Assembly: GCA_963741715.1 (NCBI GenBank)
Contig: CAVUJA010000001.1
Span: 2,056,205-2,120,204, forward strand
From: an uncultured Acidobacteriota bacterium
GTDB taxonomy: Bacteria; Acidobacteriota; Vicinamibacteria; Vicinamibacterales; Fen-181
Direction of reading: 5' to 3'
Length of the DNA stretch: 64,000 nucleotides
This document shows positions 18,840 to 29,163 of this stretch, piece by piece (position 1 is the stretch's first letter; each line of letters opens with the position of its first letter). The notes beneath the pieces were generated by a model. The model saw nothing but the letters and a program-made list of their open reading frames with translations. It did no database searches and was not told the origin of the DNA. The position numbers and the translations under genes are program-made.

Positions 18840-19931
18840 ATGAACCTGCGTATCCTCGTGTTGCCGGGCGACGGCATCGGCCCCGAAGTGACCGCCGAGG
18901 CGGTTGCCGTGCTGGTGCGCGTCGCCGACCTCTTCGGACACACGCTGCACACCGTCGAAGGCCTGATTGGCGGCGCCGCGATCGATGCCGCCGGCACGCC
19001 GCTTCCGCCGGAAACGCTCGCCGCGGCGACCGACCTGGACGCGGTGCTGCTGGGGGCCGTCGGCGTGCCGCGTTTCGACAGCCTTCCGCCGGACCGGCGT
19101 CCCGAGCGCGGGCTGCTCGCGCTGCGCCAGGCGCTCGGCACGTTCGCCAACCTCCGCCCGTCGCGCGCGTGGCCCGCGCTGCTCGACGCCTCTCCGCTGA
19201 AGAACGCGATCGTCGAAGGCACCGACCTGCTCATCGTCCGCGAACTGACCTCCGGCCTCTACTACGGCACGCCGCGCGGCGTGTCGGGGAGCGGCCCCGA
19301 CGAGCGGGCCATCAACACGCTCACCTACACGCGCGCCGAGATCGAGCGGGTGGCGAAGGTGGCGTTCGAGCTGGCGCGCGCGCGCCGCCGCCGGGTCACG
19401 AGCGTCGACAAGTCGAACGTGCTCGAGAATTCGCAGCTGTGGCGCCGGGTGGTGATCGAGGTCGGCGGGTGCTACCCGGACGTCGCGCTCGACCACCTGC
19501 TCGTCGACAACTGCGCGATGCAGCTCGTCGTGAACCCCCGCCGCTTCGACGTCGTCCTGACCGAGAACCTGTTCGGCGACATCCTGAGCGACGAGGCCGC
19601 CGTGCTCAGCGGTTCCATCGGCATGCTCGCGTCGGCGTCGATCGGCGACCGGCGTCCGTCGGGCCGCCGCAGCGGGCTCTACGAACCGGTCCACGGGTCG
19701 GCGCCGGACATTGCGGGCCGGAACATCGCGAACCCGCTCGGCGCCATCGGGTCGGCCGCCGCCCTGCTCGCCTACACCTTCGATCTGCACCAGGAGGCGC
19801 GGGCCGTCGAGGCGGCGGTGGACGAGGTGATCGCGTCAGGCAGGCTCACGGCGGACCTTGCGCCGGCGGGACGCGCGGCCACCACCACCGAGGTCGGCGG
19901 CGCGGTGCGCGACGCCATTCGCCGGCCTTGA
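18840..19931 (+). CDS. leuB: 3-isopropylmalate dehydrogenase
   Basis: The protein starts [17 protein letters not shown] and carries [21 protein letters not shown]. Confidence 0.92.
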   Translation: MNLRILVLPGDGIGPEVTAEAVAVLVRVADLFGHTLHTVEGLIGGAAIDAAGTPLPPETLAAATDLDAVLLGAVGVPRFDSLPPDRRPERGLLALRQALGTFANLRPSRAWPALLDASPLKNAIVEGTDLLIVRELTSGLYYGTPRGVSGSGPDERAINTLTYTRAEIERVAKVAFELARARRRRVTSVDKSNVLENSQLWRRVVIEVGGCYPDVALDHLLVDNCAMQLVVNPRRFDVVLTENLFGDILSDEAAVLSGSIGMLASASIGDRRPSGRRSGLYEPVHGSAPDIAGRNIANPLGAIGSAAALLAYTFDLHQEARAVEAAVDEVIASGRLTADLAPAGRAATTTEVGGAVRDAIRRP

Positions 19932-19977
19932 ATCGCGCCCGCGGCGTCCATGCACGACGAACCCGGATCCGGCCCGG

Positions 19978-20012
19978 CCTGAATCCAGAATCCCGACTCC
20001 CGAATCCCGACG
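19978..20012. repeat. 7-bp tandem array (GAATCCC/GACTCCC family, 5 units)
   Basis: The units read cctgaat ccagaat cccgact cccgaat cccgacg. The array ends 1 nt before the leuC ATG. Confidence 0.85.
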
Positions 20013-20013
20013 T

Positions 20014-21412
20014 ATGCGAACCATCATCGACAAGATCTGGGACTCCCACGTGGTGGCGGCGCCGCCCGACGCGCCGTCGCTGATCTATATCGACCTGCAC
20101 CTGGTGCACGAGGTGACGTCGCCGCAGGCGTTCGACGGCCTGCGCGCCCGCGGGTTGCGGGTGCGCCGGCCCGACCTCACCTTTGCGACGGTCGATCACA
20201 GCATCCCCACCACGCCTCCCGGCCTGCCCATCGCCGACGAGATTGCCGCGCGCCAGGTGGCGCGCCTCGAGGAGAACTGCCGGGAGTTCGGCATTCGGTG
20301 CGCGGGCCGGGGCCACCCCTCGCAGGGCGTCGTCCACGTGATCGGCCCCGAGCAGGGGCTCACGCAGCCGGGCGCGACGATCGTCTGCGGAGACAGCCAC
20401 ACCGCGACGCACGGCGCGTTCGGGGCGCTGGCCTTCGGGATCGGCACCAGCGAGGTGGAGATGGTGCTCGCGACGCAGTGCCTGCTCCAGCGTCGGCCGA
20501 GGACGCTCCGCGTGGACGTCGGCGGCCGCATGCCCGCCGGCGTCTCGGCGAAGGATCTCGATTCTCGCGATCATCGCCCAGATCGGCGTGGACGGCGGAA
20601 CGGGCCACGTCATCGAGTACGCGGGCGACGCGGTGCGGGCGCTGTCGATGGAGCAGCGGATGACGCTGTGCAACATGTCCATCGAGGCGGGCGCGCGCGC
20701 CGGGCTCGTGGCGCCCGACGACGTCACCTTCCGCTACCTCGCGGGACGGCCGTCGTCGCCTGCGGGCGCGGCGTGGGAGGCCGCGGTCTCGCGGTGGCGG
20801 ACGCTCGCCACCGACCCGGGGGCGGCGTTCGACCGCCGCGTCTCGTTCGACGCCGACCAGCTCTCGCCGATGATCACGTTCGGCACCAACCCGGGCATGG
20901 GCATTCCCATCGACGCGCCCGTGCCGGATCCGGCGGCGGTCTCCGACGCGGTGGCCCGCGGCGCCCTCGACCGTGCGCTCCGCTACATGCAGGTCGAAGC
21001 GGGACGACCGCTGCTCGGGCGTCCCATCGACGTCGTCTTCGTCGGCAGCTGCACCAACGGCCGGCTGTCCGACCTGCGCGACGCGGCCGCCATCCTGCGC
21101 GGCCGGCGCGTGGCCGCCGGCGTGCGCATGCTGGTCGTGCCGGGCTCGCAGGAGGTGAAACGCGCGGCCGAGGCGGAAGGGCTGCACCGCGTCTTCCTGG
21201 AGGCCGGCGCCGAGTGGCGCGAGCCGGGCTGCTCGATGTGCATCGCGATGAACGGCGATCAGCTGCGCCCGGGGGAGTACGCGGTGTCCACCAGCAATCG
21301 GAACTTCGAGGGACGCCAGGGCCCGGGCGGCCGCACGTTCCTGGCCAGCCCCGCCACCGCCGCCGCGTCCGCCGTGACCGGGGTCGTCAGCGATCCGAGG
21401 AGAGTGTCATGA
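20014..21412 (+). pseudogene. leuC: 3-isopropylmalate dehydratase large subunit, interrupted by a 1-nt insertion at 20560
   Basis: [12 protein letters not shown]...GVSAKDL is in one frame and (I)[21 protein letters not shown]... is in the next frame. The sequence gatctc[g]attctc shows the extra base. The total length is 3n+1. Confidence 0.85.
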
Positions 21413-22020
21413 GCAGCCTCCGCGAGCCCATCACCAGCTTCGAAGGCCCTGCCGTCGCGCTGGCCCGCGACAACGTCGACACCGACCAGATCATCCCGGC
21501 GCGGTTCCTGAAGACGACGACGCGGAGCGGGCTGGGCGCCAACCTGTTTGCCGACTGGCGGTTCGACGCGACAGGCGCGGCGCGCCCCGACTTCATCCTG
21601 AACGCCCCGGCGGCCGCCGGCGCCGCGGTGCTCGTCGCCGGATGGAACTTCGGCTGCGGCAGCTCGCGCGAGCACGCGCCCTGGGCGCTGGCCGACTTCG
21701 GCTTCCGCGCGATCGTCGCCGCGTCGTTCGCCGACATCTTCAAGCAGAACGCCCTCAAGAACGGCCTGCTGCCGATCGAGCTGCCCGCGGCCCTCCACGC
21801 CCCGCTGCTGCGGCACGTCGAGGCCCGGCCGGGCACCGTGGTCGGCGTCGACCTGGTCGCCCAGACCATCACGCTGCCGACCGGCACCGCCCCGTTTGCG
21901 ATCGACCCGTTCTCCCGGGAATGCCTGCTCGCCGGCGTGGATGAAATCGGCTACGTGCTGCGGTACGGCGACGCGATCGCCCGGTTCGAGGCCACGCGCG
22001 CGGCCGGCGGCGCCGCTTGA
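21409..22020 (+). CDS. leuD: 3-isopropylmalate dehydratase small subunit
   Basis: [35 protein letters not shown] is present. An ATGA overlap couples it to the leuC stop. Confidence 0.9.
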   Translation: MSSLREPITSFEGPAVALARDNVDTDQIIPARFLKTTTRSGLGANLFADWRFDATGAARPDFILNAPAAAGAAVLVAGWNFGCGSSREHAPWALADFGFRAIVAASFADIFKQNALKNGLLPIELPAALHAPLLRHVEARPGTVVGVDLVAQTITLPTGTAPFAIDPFSRECLLAGVDEIGYVLRYGDAIARFEATRAAGGAA

Positions 22021-22062
22021 CACGACAGGCCGTCCCGCAGCCAGAATGGCTGATGGTCCTGC

Positions 22063-23127
22063 ATGGCTGCGCTTGAATCGCTCGGCTGGAACGGCCGGTT
22101 CGCGGAAGCCTTCGCGGCGCACGCCTCACCGGACGTCGTCCCGGGCCGCGTTTCGCTCGAACACCAGCACATCTATCGCGTCCTGACCGCCGAAGGAGAG
22201 GCGCTCGCCCGCGTGGCCGGGCGGCTCCGGCACGAGGCGGCGGCCTCGGTCGAGTATCCCGCCGTGGGCGACTGGGTGGCGCTTCGAAAGCGCCCCGGCG
22301 AGCTGCGGTCCACGATTCTCTCCCTCCTTCCGCGACAGAGCCGCTTTTCGAGGAAGGTGGCCGGCGACGCCACGCGCGAGCAGATCGTCGCGGCGAACAT
22401 CGACACGGTCTTCCTCGCCACCGGCCTCGACGCCGACTTCAACCTCCGCCGCATCGAACGGTACCTCGTCACCGCGTGGGAAAGCGGCGCGCAGCCCGTC
22501 GTGCTGCTCACGAAGGCGGACGTCAGCGGCGACGTGGCCTCGCGGGTGGCCGAGGTGACGGCGATCGCCGCGGGAGCCCCCGTCCACGCCACGAGCGCGC
22601 GAGAGAACCACGGCCTCGACGTGCTGCAGCAGTATCTCGAGCCGGGGCGAACCGTCGCCATCCTCGGCTCGTCCGGGGTCGGCAAGTCCACCTTGATCAA
22701 CCGGCTGATCGGCCACGAGCAGCAGCGCACGTCCGGCCTCTCGAAATACAAGGGGCGCGGGCGCCACACCACCACGAACAGGGAACTCATCCAGCTCCCC
22801 GGCGGCGGCATGATCATCGACACGCCCGGGCTGCGCGAGATCCAGCTCTGGGAGGCGGCCGGCTCGATCGGAGCCGCATTTCAGGACGTCGAGGTGCTGT
22901 CGGCGGGCTGCCACTTCTCGGACTGCCGGCACGACACCGAACCGCGCTGCGCCGTGCGGCAGGCGGTGGCCGACGGCGCGCTGCCGGCCGACCGGCTCGA
23001 GAGTTACCTGAAGCTTCGCAAGGAGGCGGACCACCTGGCCGAAAAGCAGGACCAACTGGCCCAGCTCGCCACCAAGCGCAAGTGGAAGACCATCGCCAAG
23101 GCGCAGCGCCAGATCGGGAAAGAGTGA
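22063..23127 (+). CDS. rsgA: ribosome small-subunit-dependent GTPase A
   Basis: A circularly permuted GTPase with GSSGVGKSTLINRL, DTPGLRE and a C-terminal zinc knuckle CHFSDCRHDTEPRCAV. Confidence 0.88.
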   Translation: MAALESLGWNGRFAEAFAAHASPDVVPGRVSLEHQHIYRVLTAEGEALARVAGRLRHEAAASVEYPAVGDWVALRKRPGELRSTILSLLPRQSRFSRKVAGDATREQIVAANIDTVFLATGLDADFNLRRIERYLVTAWESGAQPVVLLTKADVSGDVASRVAEVTAIAAGAPVHATSARENHGLDVLQQYLEPGRTVAILGSSGVGKSTLINRLIGHEQQRTSGLSKYKGRGRHTTTNRELIQLPGGGMIIDTPGLREIQLWEAAGSIGAAFQDVEVLSAGCHFSDCRHDTEPRCAVRQAVADGALPADRLESYLKLRKEADHLAEKQDQLAQLATKRKWKTIAKAQRQIGKE

Positions 23128-23176
23128 GCCGAACCGAACCGGGCGGGCGTTCGCCGGGCGGCGCGGATCGGACGCC

Positions 23177-24481
23177 CTACACCGGCTCGACGTCGTCGGC
23201 GTCCGCCGGCTCCACGAACAAGCCGGCGGGCTGGGCGAACTCGGTCTCGGACGAGGCGGCCGGCAGCTCTTCGACGTCCTTCAGCTTCCGTTGAATCGTC
23301 CGGCTCTGCTGCGCGATCGCGTCCATCTTGTTGGTGGCTTCCTGCAGCTTCTTCTGCACGACGCCCACGATCTCGCCGAACTTGCCGAACTGCGTCTTGA
23401 CCGACCCCAGCACCCGCCACACCTCGCCCGACCGCCGTTCGATGGCGAGGGTGCGGAACCCCATCTGCAGGCTGTTGAGCACCGCCCAGAGCGTGGTGGG
23501 CCCGGTGATGACGACGCGAAGGTCGCGCTGGACCTGGTCCGAGAGCCCCGGCCGCCTCAGGACCTCGGCGTAAAGCCCCTCGGTGGGAAGGAACAGCAAT
23601 CCGAAGTCGGTGGTCTGCGGCGGGTCGAGGTACTTGTCGTGGATGTCCTTGGCGGACTGCCTCACGCGCACCTCGAGCTGTCTGGCGGCGGCCTCGACCC
23701 CGTCGGCGTCCCCGCGCTCCGACGCCTCGAGCAGGCGCTGGTAGTCTTCCTGCGGAAACTTCGCGTCGACCGGAAGCCACACCGGCGCGTCCGCGGCGTC
23801 GCGCCCGGGCAGCTTGATCGCGAACTCGACGCGGTCGGCGCTGCCCTGCTTCGTCGCCACGTTGGCCTCGTACTGGCCGGGCGCCATCACCTGTTCGAGC
23901 AGCGCGCTCAGCTGCACTTCGCCCCACGTGCCGCGGGTCTTGACGTTGGTCAGCACCTTCTTCAGGTCGCCCACGCCTGCCGCCAGCACCTGCATTTCGC
24001 CGAGGCCGCGGTGAACCTGCTCCAGCCGCTCGCTCACGAGCCGGAAGGACTCGCCCAGGCGCGTTTCGAGCGTGCCCTGCAGCCGCTCGTCCACGGTCAC
24101 ACGCACCTGTTCGAGGCGGGCGGCGTTGTCATCCTGCAGGGCCCTCAGACGGTCTTCCACCGACTGGCGAAGCGCGTCCATCCGGCGCTCGTTCGACTCC
24201 GAGAACGACCCGAGCTGCTCGACGAGGGAGCTTCCCAGCCGCGCCACCGAGGTGCTGACCTCCTCGCGCAACGCGCGGTCCTGCCCGCTCGACTCGGCCC
24301 GCCCCTGCGCCAGCTCGTCGCGGAGGGCCCGCTCGACCTGCTGCTGCGAGGCCTCCAGCGACGCGAGACGCGCCTCGAGGGCGCCGAGGTCGGCCCGCGG
24401 GGGCCGCAGGAGCAGCAGCAGAGCCAGCGCCAGCCCCGCGATCACGAGCACCACCACCACGACGAGCAGCGTTTCGATCAT
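23177..24481 (-). CDS. rmuC: DNA recombination protein RmuC
   Basis: An N-terminal TM helix is followed by a long coiled coil and a conserved C-terminal nuclease-like region (FLPTEGLYAEVLRRPGL...). Confidence 0.8.
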   Translation of the reverse strand: MIETLLVVVVVLVIAGLALALLLLLRPPRADLGALEARLASLEASQQQVERALRDELAQGRAESSGQDRALREEVSTSVARLGSSLVEQLGSFSESNERRMDALRQSVEDRLRALQDDNAARLEQVRVTVDERLQGTLETRLGESFRLVSERLEQVHRGLGEMQVLAAGVGDLKKVLTNVKTRGTWGEVQLSALLEQVMAPGQYEANVATKQGSADRVEFAIKLPGRDAADAPVWLPVDAKFPQEDYQRLLEASERGDADGVEAAARQLEVRVRQSAKDIHDKYLDPPQTTDFGLLFLPTEGLYAEVLRRPGLSDQVQRDLRVVITGPTTLWAVLNSLQMGFRTLAIERRSGEVWRVLGSVKTQFGKFGEIVGVVQKKLQEATNKMDAIAQQSRTIQRKLKDVEELPAASSETEFAQPAGLFVEPADADDVEPV

Positions 24482-24605
24482 CGGGCGGCATCGTCCCCCA
24501 GACGGGGGGCGGCGTCAAGTCCGGCTTGCGGCCGTGTCGGGCCTGAGCCCGCCGCGCACGGCAGCGTTCGCCCGACGCAAGCCGGATCTGATACGATTTT
24601 CCACC

Positions 24606-25851
24606 ATGCCGAAGCGCCCGATGCGACTTCTCGCGTTCGTCGTCGCCGCGATGGCGACGGCCGCACCCTCCGCGCCGGCGGCCGACAAGCTGCTGCACCT
24701 CGCCATCGGCGATCCGGCAAGGAAGGACCGCACCGCGCCGCTGGTGCTCGACGGCATCACCGATACGAGAACCGGCGACCTGATTACGCCGACGGAACTG
24801 GCGGCCAGGCTCGCCAACACGCGCCTCCTGCTCGTCGGCGAAGAGCACACCAGCGTGGAGTGCCACCAGGTGGAGTACCGCGTGCTCGAGGCGCTCATCA
24901 AGTCGGGCCGCCGGGTGCTGCATCGGCCTCGAGATGTATCCCTACACCGAGCAGCGGTTCCTCGACGAGTGGCGCGACGGCCTGCTCACCGAGCCAGGCT
25001 TCCTTCGGCTGTCGCGCTGGTACGAGAACTGGGGCTACAACTGGCTCTACTACCGCGACATCTTCATGCTGGCGCGCGACAACCGGCTCTCGATGTTCGC
25101 CGTCAACACGCCGAGGGAGGTGGTGGCCGCCGTCCGAAAGAAGGGCCTGGCCAACCTGACGCCCGAGGAGGCGGCCCACATCCCGAGGGACATCGACGTG
25201 GACAACGCGGACTACATGACGTTCTTCAAGACGACGTTCGAGGGCAACGAGGGGCCCGTGCACGGCAGCGGGATGAGCGACGAGATGTGGAAGAACATGT
25301 TGAGCGCGCAGGCGACCTGGGACGCGACGATGGGCTACAACGGCGTCCAGGCGTTGAAGGCGTTCTCCGACGCGAAGGCGATCATGGTGATCCTGGTCGG
25401 CAGCGGCCACGTGGCCTACGGCCTCGGCATCGAGCGGCAGGCGAAGAAGTGGTTCGACGGCCCGATCGCCACGCTCATCCCGGTGTCGGTCGGCTCGTCC
25501 CCTGGCGGCATCCTCAGGGACACGCAGGCCTCGTACGCCAACTTCACCTGGGGCATCGCCGACGAGCTCGACTCCGCCTACCCGATGATGGGCACGTCCA
25601 CGGCGGTCGGCGACGGCGATGCGGCCCGCCGCGTGATCATCGTGCAGGAGGGGTCGCCCGCCGCGCTCGCCGGCGTGAAGGTGGGCGACGTGATGCAGTC
25701 GCTCGACGGCGTCCCGCTCGCCGAGAGGGAAACGTTCAGCCAACTGATGGCTGCCAAGCGCTGGGGCGATTCGGCCACGCTGGTGGTGAAGCGTGGCGCC
25801 AACACCCTGACCCTGAACGTCGTCTTCCGCCGAACGGTCCGGGAGAAGTAG
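24606..25851 (+). pseudogene. ChaN-like (haem-binding/Tiki superfamily) periplasmic protein with C-terminal PDZ domain, interrupted by a 1-nt insertion at 24921
   Basis: The signal peptide and LLLVGEEHTSVECHQVEYRVLEALIKSGRRVL are in one frame. IGLEMYPYTEQRFLDEW... continues in the next frame. The sequence gtgctg[c]atcggc shows the extra base. The length is 3n+1. Confidence 0.7.
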
Positions 25852-25937
25852 TCGGTCCGATCGCCCGGGGACGTTGGCAAACGGCCGCGGGCTGGTACAC
25901 AATAGCCTTCTCTCGCCGGCCTCTTCCCGGAGCGTTC

Positions 25938-26663
25938 ATGGACTCCACGTTCGCCCGTCCGTCGCCGCGAATCGATCGCGCTGTCGAGGTGGCGCACCTG
26001 GTGCACCGGGGCGCGGTCCGCAAGGGCACGAGCCGGCCCTACATCCTCCATCCGGTCGCGGTCGCAAGGATCCTCGAACAGCACGGTTACCACGAAGACC
26101 TGGTGGTCGCAGGGCTGCTGCACGACACGGTCGAGGACGCGAAGTACGAGAGCGAGGGGTTCCAGCGCGACATGTGCGCGCTGGCGGGCGGAGGGATGCC
26201 GTGCCCCGCCGGGCTGGCGGAGTTCCGAACGGCCTACCTCCAGTTCCTCGAGGCGGAGTTCGGCGGGAACGTCCTGCAGCTGGTGCTCGGGGTGACGGAG
26301 AAGAAGAACAACGGCGGACCGGCCCTCGACTGGCTCGAGCGCAAGAAGGATCAGCTGCTGCACCTGGCCGGGGCGTCGGAAGACGTGGCGGCCCTCAAGG
26401 CGGCGGACGCGCTGCACAACATCGAGTGCACGCTCGGCGACCTGCGCGAACTCGGCCTCACGGTGCTCGACCGCTTTCGAGGCGGGGCTCTCACGGTCTG
26501 GCATTACTCGGCGATCGCGCAGCTGGTCGCCGAGCGCCTGCCGCCGGGCCACCCGCTCGCGGCGCGGGTGGTGGACGCGGCCGGGCAGCTCTCGCTGACG
26601 GTGCGCACGCTCCGGCCGTCCCCCTCCGGGAACGCGCCCTTCCTTCCGCCGGCGATCTACTGA
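25938..26663 (+). CDS. HD-domain phosphohydrolase (SpoT/RelA-hydrolase-like)
   Basis: ILHPVAVARILEQHGYHEDLVVAGLLHDTVEDAKY carries the H...HD...D pattern. Confidence 0.75.
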   Translation: MDSTFARPSPRIDRAVEVAHLVHRGAVRKGTSRPYILHPVAVARILEQHGYHEDLVVAGLLHDTVEDAKYESEGFQRDMCALAGGGMPCPAGLAEFRTAYLQFLEAEFGGNVLQLVLGVTEKKNNGGPALDWLERKKDQLLHLAGASEDVAALKAADALHNIECTLGDLRELGLTVLDRFRGGALTVWHYSAIAQLVAERLPPGHPLAARVVDAAGQLSLTVRTLRPSPSGNAPFLPPAIY

Positions 26664-26730
26664 CATCGGGCCGGCGACTTGCGGCAGTTGTCACCGGCGA
26701 TCCGGCCGCCAGCCGCGCGCCGAAGCCGGA

Positions 26731-27906
26731 TCAGAACACGAACAGCGCGTTGATGCTCAGCGTCACCTGCGTCTTGCCGAAGGAGCCGTCCGACAACTCG
26801 AAGACGGCGCGGTTCGACCAGTCCCCGCGCAGGTCGCCGCGGACGACGAGCTTGGGGTGGGGACGGAACTCGGGCGTCAGCGTGATCTCCTCGAGGGCCT
26901 GGACGTAGCCGGTCCGCGCCCCGAACGGATCGTCGAACCACTCGGCGCGCACCGTGAACGCGAAGCGGTCCGCCGCCTGGCAGCGGGCGTATCCCGCAAT
27001 TCCCTGCCAGTGCGCGTCGGCCACGCCGCCGCCCGCGGTCTCCGGGAGCGGCACCTGGCTCTCCCAGCCGTAGGCGTAGTTCAGCGTGAGGGCGAGCCGC
27101 GAACCGGCCTTGAAGACGCCGTAGCTGTCCACCGTGTGGCGCGTGCTGTCGCCGGTGTCGGCCTGCTCGGGGCCGCCCAGGTACGCCACGACGAGAGACG
27201 CGCGGTCGGACGGGTTCGCCTCGAGCTGCGCGCCGATCGACTTCCCGGTGTTGTTGTCCGTCGCGTTGTCCCAGCCGTTGACGAGCAGCGCCTGCCCCGA
27301 TACCTTGTCGCTGAACGCGTACGACACGCGAAGCCCGGTGTGGCTCACGGGCTCGGCGTAGCCGAACAGGAACGAGTGCGACTGGTTGTCGTTGAAGCCC
27401 TCGTAGCCGTCCACGACCTCGTACCCGATGTGGGTCGTGAACTTCCCCGCGTCGAAGCGCAGCCCGCGCCCCGCGGCGGCGACGTAGCTCACGAACGCCT
27501 GGAGGATGTCGAAGTCGCCCGCGTCGCCGTTCTCGTCGCGGAACAGGCCGGCTGCCGCGGTCACGTTCGCCACGGCGCCGGCCATGAAGTCGATGCGGAA
27601 TCCCGCCTGCCCGGGGTTCGACACCTCGCGCTGCACGACGAGCTGCGCGACGTCGAGCCTCGCGCTGCCGCTCACCGTGTCGAACACCCTGAACTGGTTG
27701 GTGCGAGTGGCGGGCGAGTTGAAATTGCCCACGTACGACGTGGACACCATGCCGTTGACGGCAACCTGCTCGTGCCACGGCGGCGTCTTGGGCGCCGGAT
27801 CTGGCGTCGCGGATTGCGCCTGCGCAACGGCGGCCGCCAGGCACGCCATCGTGCACGCGACGATGACGACGACCGGGCGGCGGGGCGGAAAGTAATGGCG
27901 AGGCAT
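26731..27906 (-). CDS. outer-membrane beta-barrel porin-like protein
   Basis: A signal peptide (RRPVVVIVACTMACLAAAVAQA) precedes alternating beta-strand sequence, and the C-terminus ends in F (INALFVF). The start at 27906 is preferred because codons upstream of it lie inside repeat element copy B. Confidence 0.65.
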   Translation of the reverse strand: MPRHYFPPRRPVVVIVACTMACLAAAVAQAQSATPDPAPKTPPWHEQVAVNGMVSTSYVGNFNSPATRTNQFRVFDTVSGSARLDVAQLVVQREVSNPGQAGFRIDFMAGAVANVTAAAGLFRDENGDAGDFDILQAFVSYVAAAGRGLRFDAGKFTTHIGYEVVDGYEGFNDNQSHSFLFGYAEPVSHTGLRVSYAFSDKVSGQALLVNGWDNATDNNTGKSIGAQLEANPSDRASLVVAYLGGPEQADTGDSTRHTVDSYGVFKAGSRLALTLNYAYGWESQVPLPETAGGGVADAHWQGIAGYARCQAADRFAFTVRAEWFDDPFGARTGYVQALEEITLTPEFRPHPKLVVRGDLRGDWSNRAVFELSDGSFGKTQVTLSINALFVF

Positions 27907-27908
27907 GG

Positions 27909-28080
27909 CTAGCGAGGCGCGCCTCAGACGGTCGAGCATGTTCGGGCGAGCCTCGCTAGCCATAGAGACGCTGTTGGCTGGCCCCGCGCGAGCGCGGGGC
28001 GCTAGATGCCTTGAGGGGCCCGGATGGCGTCGCGAGAACTTGACTCATGCGCAAGGATCTTAACCCCTCAAGGCATCTAG
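27909..28080 (-). repeat. structured intergenic repeat element, copy B (reverse complement of copy A)
   Basis: See copy A. This copy contains the ybgA-like stop codon (28077-28079) at one end and abuts the porin ATG (27906) at the other. Confidence 0.85.
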
Positions 28081-29033
28081 ACGTGATTCCTCAGCATCAG
28101 CTCCTTGGGGTGCGGCTCCAGGTAGGTCTGGCCTGCGAGGTACCCCACCCCGCATCGCCGGACGTGGTGCCGGAACAGCGTGATCGGTACGACGAGCGGC
28201 ACGAGCCCCTCCTGATAGTCGGCCACGATCTCCGCCAGCTCGGCCCTCGTCGCCTCGTCCAGCGTCTTCCGGAAGTAGCCGAGCATGTGCTGCAGCACGT
28301 TCACGTGCTTTCGGGGCGTCGCCAGCGTGGCGAGCCCGTTCATGAAGCCCGATTCGTACTCCGCCTTCACGACGGCGCGCGGCAGTTCCGCCGAGGTCGC
28401 CACCAGGCGGCCGAGCGCGCGATACGCGTCGGGCGAATGCGCGAGCATCGTGAGCTTGTGCGCCGTGTGGAAGCGTACGAGCGCCCCCACCGTCCACCGC
28501 CCGGAGAACAGGTCGCGCAACCGCCGGTAGGCGAACACGCGCTCGACGAAGTTGTCGCGAAGCCTCGGGTCGGACAGCCGCCCTTCTTCCTCGACCGGGA
28601 GCAGCGGCAGCCGCGCGATCAGCGCCTCGGCGAACAGGCCGCGACCGGTGCGGGCCGGGGCCCCGTTCGCGTCGTACACCTTCACCCGCTCCATGCCGCA
28701 GCTGGGCGAGTCCTTCTTGAGGATGTAGCCGTCGAGATCCTCGCGCGCCAGCGCCTCGGCGCGCCGTGCCGACCAGCGCGCCATGGCCTCGGTGTGGTCC
28801 GTGGCGCTCTTCACGCCGAGCAGGCGAACCGACGCACCCGCGCGCTGCAGTCGAATCGGCTCGCGCGGAATCCCCATGCCCACCTCGGCTTCGGGGCACA
28901 CCGGCACCCACTCGACGAACTGTCCGAAGGTGTCCACGAGGAACGCGTCGCGCTTGTGGCCGCCGTCGAAGCGCACCTTCTGCCCGAGCAGGCACGACGA
29001 CACGCCGATGCGAACGGTCACGGGCTCGGCCAT
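28077..29033 (-). CDS. DUF523/DUF1722 (YbgA-like) protein
   Basis: MAEPVTVRIGVSSCLLGQKVRFDGGHKRD is the DUF523 signature. An SD, ggggagaag, lies upstream of the ATG at 29033. The gene lies downstream of a photolyase, as in the E. coli ybgA/phr pairing. Confidence 0.75.
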   Translation of the reverse strand: MAEPVTVRIGVSSCLLGQKVRFDGGHKRDAFLVDTFGQFVEWVPVCPEAEVGMGIPREPIRLQRAGASVRLLGVKSATDHTEAMARWSARRAEALAREDLDGYILKKDSPSCGMERVKVYDANGAPARTGRGLFAEALIARLPLLPVEEEGRLSDPRLRDNFVERVFAYRRLRDLFSGRWTVGALVRFHTAHKLTMLAHSPDAYRALGRLVATSAELPRAVVKAEYESGFMNGLATLATPRKHVNVLQHMLGYFRKTLDEATRAELAEIVADYQEGLVPLVVPITLFRHHVRRCGVGYLAGQTYLEPHPKELMLRNHV

Positions 29034-29163
29034 CTTCTCCCCTTTGGAGGCACACCTGAGCTTGGCGCGCATAGTCTACCGCGTCTCCGGGCAAACGCAC
29101 GCGCCCCGGTCAGCGATTGGCCGCCGCATCGGAGCGGAGGGTGACGACGCCGGCTGAAGCCGG

